DNA of 64,000 nucleotides from Eledone cirrhosa (Eukaryota), in the NCBI GenBank assembly GCA_964016885.1, contig OZ024740.1, forward strand, positions 312,914,001 through 312,978,000. The letters are read 5' to 3'. The first letter of the stretch is position 1; every line of letters begins with the position of its first letter. A model generated the notes under the pieces. It saw only the letters and a program-made list of their open reading frames with translations. It was not told where the DNA came from and ran no database searches. A program made the translations under genes and the position numbers. This document shows positions 50,801 through 62,748 of the stretch, in pieces.

Positions 50801-53800
50801 GTCGAGGTGTAGAGCTAGACAGAGTGTATTATAGTGAAATAAGATAACAAGGATGATTGATTACTCCTTCATTAAGTTTTTTGGCTGGTGACGCGCGTTT
50901 CGCCACTGATCAGCCCAGGGTTCGATCTGTATCAAGCTGACCTGACTCTGTAATCCCCGGCTCGTCAGACCCCTTGTAATATTAATGGAAAAAAAAAAAA
51001 TATATATATATATGAAGGTGCATGGCTTAGTGGTTAGAGCATTGGGCTTGCAATCGAAAGGTTGTGAGTTCAATTCTCGGACCGGGTTGCTCCAGTTTAC
51101 TCAGTTGTAGAAATGAGATGATAGGAATGGGGTCCCTATCATTCCACTGCTAAGTGGTCATGGAGGTGCCACGGCAAAAAAGCACCCAGCCCACACTGTA
51201 AAGTGGACGTGTAGGTGCCACGGAAAAAAAAGCACCCAGCACTCACTGTAAATGGGGTTGGTGTTAGGAAGGGCATCCAGCTGTAGAAATCAAGCCAGAA
51301 TCAGTTCTTGTATGAACAAGACAAGATCAACCAACCGGATACTGCCCACAACAGGACAACCCGTCTAACCCATGCTAGCGTGGAAGAACAGACATAAAAC
51401 GGTGATGATGATGATGATGATATAAAATACATGTATTATTGTGAGTGCATCACCTGCATATTTAGACTCTTTATATGGATTGTCTGGCAGATTCCAAAAA
51501 TTATATCATTCAGAAAGCATTGATTAACCCGAACAAAAATATTTGTCTAAGGTGCCATGAAATGGGATCAAAATCAGAACCACATGGTTGCATAGCTAAC
51601 TTCTTACATACACAGCTATACTTTATATGTATATATATTTATACAAAGATTTGAATATTATTAAAAGATATGGAAAGTATAAGGACAATAGAGAGCAAGG
51701 GGGAGGGGAGAGGGAGAATGTAACAGAAAGAGGAAGAGAGAGAGAATATATGATATAAAGAGAGAGAGAGAAATAATGTGCAAGTGAGTGAGAGAGGGAG
51801 GAAGAGAGAAAGAGAGGAAGTACGAAAAGGATATAGAAGAATCAACTCCATTAATGGACTGGTTCTTTTTTTTATTGACATTGAAAGGATGAAAGGCAAA
51901 GTTGACCTCGCAAAGTTGACCTCACAAAGAGTTGGAATGAATGGTACAAAGCATCCTATCCAATGTTCTAACAACTCTGCCAATTTGCCAAACTAAATCA
52001 ATATCACTGAAGTAATATTCACTCTGATTTATAATGTAGCAAAGGGAGTTAGTGTGAAAAGGAATAAAATAGGAAATAGAGACATGAATAAAGAAAAGAA
52101 ACAGTGATGAGAGACAGAGACAAGACTGTAGGATCATTCCTCAATAAAGAAAAGAAATAGAGATGAGTGACAGAGAAGTAAAATAGACTTACAAGACTGT
52201 AGGACCATTCCTTAATCTCTGATTCAAAAGGTCCAATAAATGCTGAACCTTTCATTGTTGCAGTCTTCACAATATGATCTTCAAGGAGGGCTTGGATATC
52301 ATCAAAAGCTGACAGTATAAACAGTTCTGTGTCTTTGTAAGGAATGAAGTTGAATACCATATTTTCCCAGTCACCCTTCATTTTAGATAACGCCTGAAAA
52401 TGGCATAGAGAAACTTATTATTTTTTTTAATCGATTGAGAAGATCCAAGACCTCATTTGCTTACCTAGTGAGGTGGAACTCATTAAATTGGACCAAAGAA
52501 ACAATGTTTCCATTGGTGTTTCCCTTGCTGATCCTTTCTACTAGTTGCAACTCCTGGCAGAAAGAGTAACATGAAATAAAGTGCCTTGTTCATTGTCTGG
52601 TCTGGAAATCGAACTTGCAACCTCATGATTGCAAATCCAATTATCTAACCACTAAGCCACACACCTTCACTTGTTTTACAGTCAATAATACATTTGTAAA
52701 GTTTAAGACAATTTCATTATTGATACACTTCTCAAAAATATTGGTATTTGTTGACTGAGATATGAATTAGCAGATATAGACTTTTGATAAACATCTTATT
52801 AAGGGCTACATTATTGAATCTACCCTTCTATTTTATTAGACTGCATGTGTAATTTGAAGGCGATTTGGTTGATATTTCTAGTAAGTTCAACAACAGCATT
52901 AAGCAACAATGAGGTGCCACTCACCCAATTCACATTTGAGTTAGTCTATTGACAAAATCTTTAAAAACCCATATGAAAAAACAACAAAATAAATCACTTA
53001 AACATTAAAACCAAAAGAGTAATATTTGTAGAGGTTACATTCGTATACAAAAACAACAACAAAAAATACTATTTGGTTCTAATGTTTAAGGAATTTATTT
53101 TTTTCATATGGTTACATACCTATATAGATGGAAAATTTGGCAGAGTTTTCAGAGCATTGGTTATTTGTCTCAGATTTCTGGTTAAGAAACATCCACCAAT
53201 TCAGAAATTACAATTATTAGCATTCGTTACACCTATATATTAAACACACTCTTAAACTCACCTTTTCTAAAGCAAATTCTTTATTAGCTTGAGAGCTTAT
53301 ACCAGATAGTTCATCCAAATATCTTTCAAGATCCAGCTTCAATACTTCTGACAAAGGTGTATTCTCCTCTGGTACCATATCAAAACCTACCTAAATTGAT
53401 GTAGAAACATAAATATTGTTTATAATTGTCATTAGCACTGATGGGAGTCATCAAGGAAGATCTCCAGAGGCTTGATGTCACTTTGAAGGATGCAGAGAGG
53501 CTGGCACAGGACCACCAGCGATGGAGGGCACTGGTCAGCTTTATGCATGATGATGCCCCTGGTCACTGACCTAAGATGATCCCAGTCTAGAAGAAGAAGA
53601 AGAAGAAGAGGCCCCCTCCCCACCTTGTTCCATGGAAAAATTGTCTTGCAGGACATTGGTCTGTGGAGCAAAAAGGTTGGTGACCACTGTCATATTTATT
53701 CTGGTACTCTGAGTTCAACTTCCACTAAGTCAACTCTGATTTTCATCTTTTAATAGTTGACAAAGTTCAATACTGAGGTTGATTTTATCTCTCTCTCACC

Positions 53801-56800
53801 TACTCTCTCTCTTCCATTCTAGATTGTACTTGTTATTCAAAGGTCCGCCCCATCACATTGTGTCCTGCTGATTTCACTTAAGAATTACATTAAGGCATGG
53901 ATGGATTAACCATTAAACAAAAACACATACTAAGAGCATCAAGGGAAGAGGGGAGCCATTTTATTCAAGTTAAATGCAATAGTCATTCAAAAATTAAAAA
54001 AATGTAGACTTTATATATAAGGGGCATCACAATCTTTTAAGTACACCAAAAGAACTTAATCTAGCTTGCATTAATGGTACATGTGTCTATGATATAGCCT
54101 CCTACACATCAATTTTAAGAGTTAGGATTAGAGTTAAGGTCTGATTGGCACAGAATCCTCACATCCACTCAATCAAGATTACCAAAGAACAAAAATCAAG
54201 TATAGTATTATATTTAGTCATATTAAAAACTTAGATAAAAATCTCAGAAATAAATAAATAAGTCATCATCATCATCGTTTTAGTGTCCACTTTCCATGTG
54301 AGCAAGGGTTGGACTGTTTTACATAGACCAAATCAGTACTGAAGCAGGGCTACTAACCTCCCAAACAGGCTATAACAATTGATCTCAGCAAGATTTGAAC
54401 TGAGGACTTAAGGAAAAAGATAATATCATTTACAAAACTACCTTTTCACTCATCATCTTCCAGTGTCTAGTTTTTATACCAGGATTACAGAGTGCTTTCA
54501 CAAGAGGAATATTTATTTTAAATTTCTCCAGCCTGTTTTTCATGGCTCTGGCAGCTTTGAATGGTCCTTTCTTGTCTGGGTGATTAAATACTTGTGTTAG
54601 TTTGTAGGCAATCCTCCATAGTATCTGGATCTGAAAGAATTACATTTTCAAATTTAACGCCAGTTAATGTAATAAAATAAAATATTCTTTAGCACAAAGT
54701 CAAGTGAGTGAGAAATGGTTAAAGTAACATGATTAAAAGTTAAGGTGAGTATACTAAATTGTGGTTTTGTTCCAGGTTAGTCATGATCAAGCAGATCAGA
54801 AGTGTTCTAGTCACAACCATCTAGATCATTTTTTTCCCAGATATAAGCTTATGTGATCTTTCCTTCTTTTTAAAATGGTATGATGTGATTTGAGGGCCAT
54901 TCAGTTACTTTTCTAGCAGTTTCTGATAGACTCAGGTACACAAAGTTGTTGTTGCTGTTACTGTTGTTTAGACTCATTTCAAACCTGTTCATTAAGAGCC
55001 ATCATCAAAGGTCATTTTGAATATCCATATCTGTAATTCAAAGTGACCTTTCTTTCAAGAGGATAGGGTGTGAATTGAGGGAAATTTGGTTGCTATTTCA
55101 AACAAGTCTAGCGACTATATAGAAGCTCTCTTACAGGTCTAAAATGAAGTATAATCTGTGTGTGTGTGTGCATTCACATGTGTATATCATTGTGAGTAAA
55201 TATTTGCATATGAGGAGTTCAAAGTAAAAGAGACAGTGATACCAGAGGTTTTTTTTCCTGATGAAAAGAAATGAAGTTTTGGTATTGAAATGTTTGCCTA
55301 TGAGTTAAAGAACACACACAGAAAGGTATTCTAAGAACTGACTAACATCTCAGTGAATTTATTGTTATATACTAATGTCAGCCATAATAAATTGTAAAAA
55401 ATCTTACTTCTTTATCCACCTCTTCAGAATTGACATTCAACAAAGGTCCATTCATCCAACGTTCATACTGTGTCTGTAATTTGACAGCGTTTGACCAGAG
55501 TCTTTCGTAAGGTTCAAGAGCAGTAGCTAGAAACTGAATCTGTTCAAACTCACTGATTTCTTCCAGTCCCAACATTATCTCTTCTTCATTGATTTTCCGT
55601 TTCTGATGAAAATAAAAAAAATTTGCATCCGTATGTATATATAGATTCAAAATAAGGTGCACACAGGATAAAGACAATGAAAAACAAACAAACCGGAAAG
55701 ACAGACAGTCCTATCTTCTCAGTCAACCTCTGGAGATCCCTATGGTTTTGGTGCATTAAGGTTGAAACATTCATTCCAGTGCACATTGGGACATAAAACA
55801 GGTAGATACAAGTTATGCCTTTAGGCAAATTACACAAATATAGTGTGCAAGGGCTTAGCTAAAGGAGAAAAATATAGAAATGAGGGAATAAGGACTGTAA
55901 TCCAATGGGCAGACAAAGAAGGAGACTGAGGCGTAGAAAAAGTAAAAAGGAAGAATAGGGAAAAAATGATGGGATGTCTATTATATGATAGTTTAAAAAA
56001 AAAAGCTCTGAATCTGTTGATTTTATTAACTCTTTCATAGAACCAAACTTAGTATAAGTTGGACGCTCTGTATGTATCTATACTCATGTAGAGATATATA
56101 TATTTCTTCATTTTATATATAATATACTCCCTTATGGTAGAATGAAAATTTGGCCATATTGAACTACTACTTCTAGTAGCACGTAGTCTGCCATTGTCCA
56201 CTTTTACTACCCTCCTGTTGGTCACTTGTCATGTGATAATTCTTCCATTCGAAATTTTCACTGACAGCGAATGGCTGGGAATTCTTATGTTGAATTTTCC
56301 TTCTGGACTGAGAAAGTCTCCTGATGATTAGAGATTTCTTGCAATATTCTACTCGGAGTATTGTTATTTTCTCAATGATTCTGCAGTAGGGACATTAAAG
56401 TGAGTAAGTAAAGATTTTTTTATCTTGTTTGCTTTTCCCATATATGATATATATATATCATTTAACATATGTTTTTTCATGCTAGCATGGGTTAGATGAG
56501 TTGCCCCATTGTGAAATAAGTCAAATCAAATGACCATGTCTTGCTCAGACTGTTTCTGTCTTGGTTTTTACAGCTGGATGCCCTTCCTAACGCCAGCCAC
56601 ATTTACCATGTGGACTGGATGCTTTTCATCATGGCACCAAAATGACCACTTTACAGTGTAGACTGGGTGCTTTTTGTCATGTCACTAACATAACCACTTT
56701 ACATGTGAGCTGTATTCAGCATGGAAAAGCAGATGTATAGCTAATTCATTTTGGGAGTAATTTCAGCAATTTCATACAAAAGATTCTATAAACTATTTCC

Positions 56801-59436
56801 ATAGTAATTATTGCTGAAGTTAAATGATTATAATTGGCATTGAATATTTGCAGTACAATAGTAATGTTATAAAGAATAAATGTTTTTTCATAAAGCTAAT
56901 CAATCCTGCCTCACATGCTGTGATATATATTAAGTTATTGGCTGATGTCTCCTCAATCGTATTGTTAATCCTGTTGTGTTTATTGATATTCTAATGATGT
57001 CTATTGAATGTCATTGAACTAAAGATAATTTGTTGACAAGTTGAGACTAGATCGTTGGTTGAAGACATTTCACCTCACACCATTAATACTCTCAAGAAAA
57101 ACATGAAAGTTATTCTATATGATATATACACCTCATAGAAAGTAGAAATCCTTTGAGAAGTGAACAGCTTAATATATTTCAAATATTTCACACTTATGGA
57201 ACCAGAGATAACCTTAGAAGCAGTTTTATAACTAAAAAAAAACAAAATGACCCAAAACATCCAAATAGACATTGATTTATATAGGAGTTTGCTGTCAAGT
57301 GTTTTTAAGTGCTGTATAAAGGTGCGAAAACATAATTATAAAGAAATAAAAATGAAATTATTCATTCCATATATTCTCGGGGCCGATACACTTTTGACAT
57401 TGATTAATCAATTTCTAGTTAATTTTGCAGTTTGTTTTGGGGGTTACAAAATGTGTGCACATGTGGACATACAGAGGATAAAAGGAACAGGGCAGTTTTC
57501 TTGTGTTTTTTGTTCCCACCAATGTTATTGTACATATAAGGGGAACATTATCTTCTCTGAGTTATCTACAGAAATGCCTACACACACAGCATAAAGGGAA
57601 CAGGACAGTTTTCTTGTGTTTTTGGTGGAAAACAGAAGTGCATTCATGGTTTCCCTTTCTTAGGCTCTTGTGATGTAAGTGAAGTGAAATAGTAACACTA
57701 CAGAATAAAACACCAGTTTATGGATTTGGTTCACAGAAACTTATCCTCTGCTACCTGTCACTCTTTATAACATGACACTATATTATTTGGTTCACAGAAA
57801 CTTATCTCCCCCTGCTTGTCACTTTTTATAACATGACACTATATTGGCAGTATCGGTAGATGGTCGGACGCCATGCTTTGCAGCATAGAATTATGGCCCT
57901 TTATGATCTGACTTCAAATCCCGCTGAGGTTAACTTTGCCTTTCATCCTTACAGTCACGCACTGGGGTCGATTTAATTGACTTTCCCCTCCCCCAAAATT
58001 GCTGGCCTTGTGCCTATATAAGAAACCATTATTTGGTTCACAGAAACTTATCTCCTTCTGCCTGTCACTCTTTATAACATGACACTGTATTATTTGTAAA
58101 TTAAATAAAAGAATAATTTATACCTCTTTTTTCAAAACATCCAATTCACTTTCAATGATACGAATCTCTGACAAAATCTGTTGAGCTTCTGACATTCTGT
58201 CTTTAGTTGCAAATTCCTTCAACCTTTTAGATAAACTGTTTACTTTGTCTAGAATCTGTTTACGGCAACCATTCAGCTTCTCTATAGCCAAATCATGTTG
58301 TTTTTGAAGTTGACTTTCACTGCAATGGATTAAAACAGATGTAACATATAAAGTATCTGTAATTAATATGTATGGAGGCTGGCTGAAAAGTTCATAGGCT
58401 GATTATGAAGGAGTGATGCTAGTGCTGTGAAATCTTGCATTAATTTCAACTCTTCTTATTAATAACTGCATTGATTCTTTCCAGGGACTATGTTGAAAAA
58501 TAAACCTCATTTGGTCATTTCATGAGAGTATCTTGGTTAAGCTATGACGGATTGATGCTAGAGCTGTGAAATCTTGCATGCATTAATTTAAACTCTTCTT
58601 AATAACAGCATTGCTTCTGTCCAGGGACTATGTTGAAAAATAAATCTCATTTGGTTATTCCATGAGCGTATCTTGGTCAGCCTATGAACTTTCAGCTGAC
58701 CCAGGTATCTTTGACTGCAGGTGTTCAATCAGGAATGGTCTGATAACACCAACAACATTGATATCTATTTAATATAGATGACCAAAACAGCCTACTAAAC
58801 ACATTAGCGGGTTAAGACAGAACAAACTAAATATCATATACCAATTAGTTAACACAAATACAACATATTAAACATTATATATAATTGGGAGTATTGGTAG
58901 AGGGTCGGACGCCATGCTTTTGACGTATGGAGTTACGGCCCTTGCCATTCCGAGTTCAAATCCTGCCAAGGTTAACTTTGCCTTTCATCCTTACGGGGTC
59001 GATAAAATAAAGTACCAGTAATGCACTGGGTAATTGCTGGCCTTGTGCCTAACGTAGAAACAATTATATATATATATTGTAGGATGGTGGTGAGTTGTAG
59101 GATTCGGTATAAACCAACACGCAGGTGGCAAATTGGCAGAGTTGTTAGAACATTAGATAGAATGTTTTGTGGTATTCATTTCAACCCTCTTCTCTTTGAG
59201 TTCAAATCCTGTTGAAGTCAACTTTGCCTTTCAATAAAACAAGTACCAGTCAAGTACTAGGGTAATTTCTTCTATGTTTCTTTCACACTTTCTCTCACAT
59301 CCCCTCTCAATCCATCTTTGAAAGAAATCAGCTGTATTCAAATATGGCGAGGAGATGGGCTCTGCCAGGTTAAAAAATGTCCTAGAAATGCCATATGTCA
59401 ATATGGTGCCCCTACAACTCCTGTGGAGATACAAGG

Positions 59437-59480
<44 letters not shown>

Positions 59481-62400
59481 ATCAATCTGGGACTTGGACA
59501 GGTGCATATCTGAGATGTAGGTCCACATCTTCCCCGGATTCTTCCTAAACCTTAGGTTGGTCACTATCAAGTTTGCTTCCAGCAGGGTGTCTCTCAGTAG
59601 TCTTCCATTTCGGTTGGTTTTGTTATGGAAGTATCAGCAAGGATCTTCACTGCCCTCCTTACTCAGATGTGCATTGAAGTCCCCCAAAACAAGCAGGATG
59701 TTGTGTGCTTGAGTGGAGAACATGCGCCTTGCACTGGAGAAACACCAGGACTCTGGCTTTACTGTAGCACCGGCTCAGAACAGGAGAGTTAAAGCAAAAA
59801 AGGTATCAGATACTGAATTTGCCAACGACATAGTTTTGGTGACAAATACAGTGAAGGATGCAGGAGGTTGAGACTGTGTCGATGAGTGTGGGGTTGAGAA
59901 TGAATGAGACTAAAACAAAATATCTGGTAGAGAATGTTGAGAAGCCAGAGGGGATCACTAATGTAGGCAGGAAGCTTCTAGAATTGGTTGAGGACTTCCT
60001 GTATTTGGGAGCAAAGATTGGGAATACATAAGATGATATGGTCGAGCAAAGCCTGGGCGGAAGTTGATGTGGTTGAGAGAAAGAGCAAAGCCTGGGCGGC
60101 GTGTCACAGCTTGAGATCGGTGTGGAAGTCGGACCTTCGTAAAGACCTGAAAATCCGCCTCTTCATTGCTGTAGTGGAGTCTGTGGTGCTGTACAGGTCT
60201 GAGACTTGGACACTGACCAAGAAACTCACTCAGATGGTGGATGGGTGCTACACGAGAATGCTGAGGATAGCTCTGAACATTAATCAGTATACACTGAGGA
60301 TGAAAAACTCAGCTCAAAAGTGACACAGAGGAGACTGAGGTTAGCTGAACATGCTCACCGACATCCAGAGTTGACATTGCACTCAGTGCTCCTGTGGGAA
60401 CCCCTACATGGACACACTGGAAGAGGAAGACCAAGGTTAACGTATGTTGATGCCCTAAGGACAGACACTGGTCTGTTGGAGACGCAGGACATGGCAGCAA
60501 TAATGAGGGACAGAGACCACTGGAGAGAACTCGTCCATGGATCTCGGGAATTTTACCCGCCCTAGATATTGTTATACTTTGGGAGGTCATGTTGCCAATA
60601 AGAAACACACGCACCAGTTGATTTCACTCCAATTTATTATAAATTAAATTATAAATTTCCGGTTGGTTGGTTGGTTCCACAACTGGACGGTTGTTCATAT
60701 ATTGTCAAAGTTCTTTCGTCACACATTCTGTGACCTCTTCAGTGACTGGGGATTCTTTTCTTTGTTTTGTGACGAAAGAACTTTGACAATATATGAACAA
60801 CCGTCCGGTTGTGGAACCAACCAACCAACCGGAAATTTATAAATTTTTAAATTTATAATTTAATTTATAATAAATTGGAGTGAAATCAACTGGTGCGCGT
60901 GTTTCTTATTGGCAACATGACCCTCCCAAAGTATAACAATATCGGTTTCAACACACGTTTTCAGATAAAGAATCTTGCTAAACAAATTCAGAAACGAAAT
61001 ATATATATATGAAGGCTGGAAGATCACTGATGAAGGACTAAATTTATTCATATGTAACCCATTTGCAACCATGCAGCATGCCATGTTTTCATATATTTAT
61101 ATATATATTATCATCATCATCATCAACGTTTAACGTCCGTGTTCCACGCTTGCATGGGTTTGGACGGGGGTAGTCCCACTTGAGGCAAGAGTGATCGTCT
61201 TGCTCGCATAGGACTGTCTGGCAGGTTTTCTACAGTTGGATGCCCTTCCTAACACCAACCACATTTACAGTGTGGGTCTGGGAGGTTTTTACCGTGTTGC
61301 CTACACGGCCACATTACAGCGTGGACTGTGTGTTTTTTTGTCGTGACACCTACACGATCTCATTTGTTTCGGCCTGGATGGTGTGGCACCAACATAACTT
61401 TACATAGAACGGGGTGGTGTGGATGGGGTGGGGGTGGGGTGGGTGGGACGGGGGGGGGTATTTTGTTAGAGGTGGTGGGACGGTTATATATATATATATA
61501 TATATATATAGATAGATATATATATGTGTATATTGTAGGATAAGACACTAAGTTTGATTATCCTTATGAACAACATTTTACAACTCTGCTACAAATATTC
61601 AATGTTAATCAATTTTATGCAAGAATCTTTGTTAAGTTATGTTCCAAACAGTAGCTTAACAATGAGAAACTTAGTTATCTTACTAAATCACTCTAAATTT
61701 TTTTATTATTTGAAAACCATAGGCAATGTCTTTCATTAGAAATAAGGTAATGAACGGGTTAAAGTGACTTCAATGTTTAACTGGGACTTGTTTTATTGAT
61801 ACCAGAAAAATCTGATTTGAATTAAGAGTATATAAACCATAATTGAATAACACAAAGCTATTTTGTTTGGTGCTCTACATATTCTGCCAACCCACTGAGC
61901 TCAGGAAGAAGCCTCTACATGGTAAATTTAACCTGCTAGAAATACCAACTACATCTCTCACAAATTATGACATTACCATTTTTAATAAACAAGTATATAT
62001 TAAACAATGTGTTCACAGGTATACAAAAAGAGGGAATAATCATGGCTGGATTACGTTTGAGTATAGGCAGGACTGTATTGCCATTAAGCCAATTAGGTAT
62101 TACAAACAACCTGTTATTATATAATTGCCATAATCACCATCATCATCGTCATTTAACTCCCATTTTCCCTGCTAGCAAGAATTGGCCAGTTTGTCACAGA
62201 TTGAGTCAGTACTCAAGTGGAGTTACTGACTTCCAAGATGGTCTAGGGGCTCTGCATCTCACATTTCCCCATTCTACCGGGTGCTTGAGCAGGCTAATGC
62301 TCACATTTCACTTACAAAATATACCCATGTTGTTCCAAGTGATTTTAGCATAGCACCAGCACTAGGGAGGTGTGATGTCATTTATGTGGATGAAGAGTTT

Positions 62401-62696
62401 TCCCAACCCTTTTTTTGACAGGTTTTCTACAGCTGGATGCCCTTTCTATCACCAACAACTTTACAGAGTGTACTGAATGTGTTTATCATGTAAACCACCA
62501 ACATCAGGAAGGTTATATATATATATATATATATATATAGAACCTTCTTGGTGTTGGTGAACTAACTGTTGTGGAACTACTTCTACCAAACTCGTCCCAT
62601 GGATTGAGTGCTCTACTATTATGGATATAACCCTCCAGTGTTATACAATTATATATATATATATGTATATATGTATACATACATACACACACACAT

Positions 62697-62748
<52 letters not shown>

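Noticed and set aside
56130-56410. Unique stretch ending in a plus-strand donor-like GTGAGT
   Set aside because: No ORF or partner exon can be supported from sequence alone
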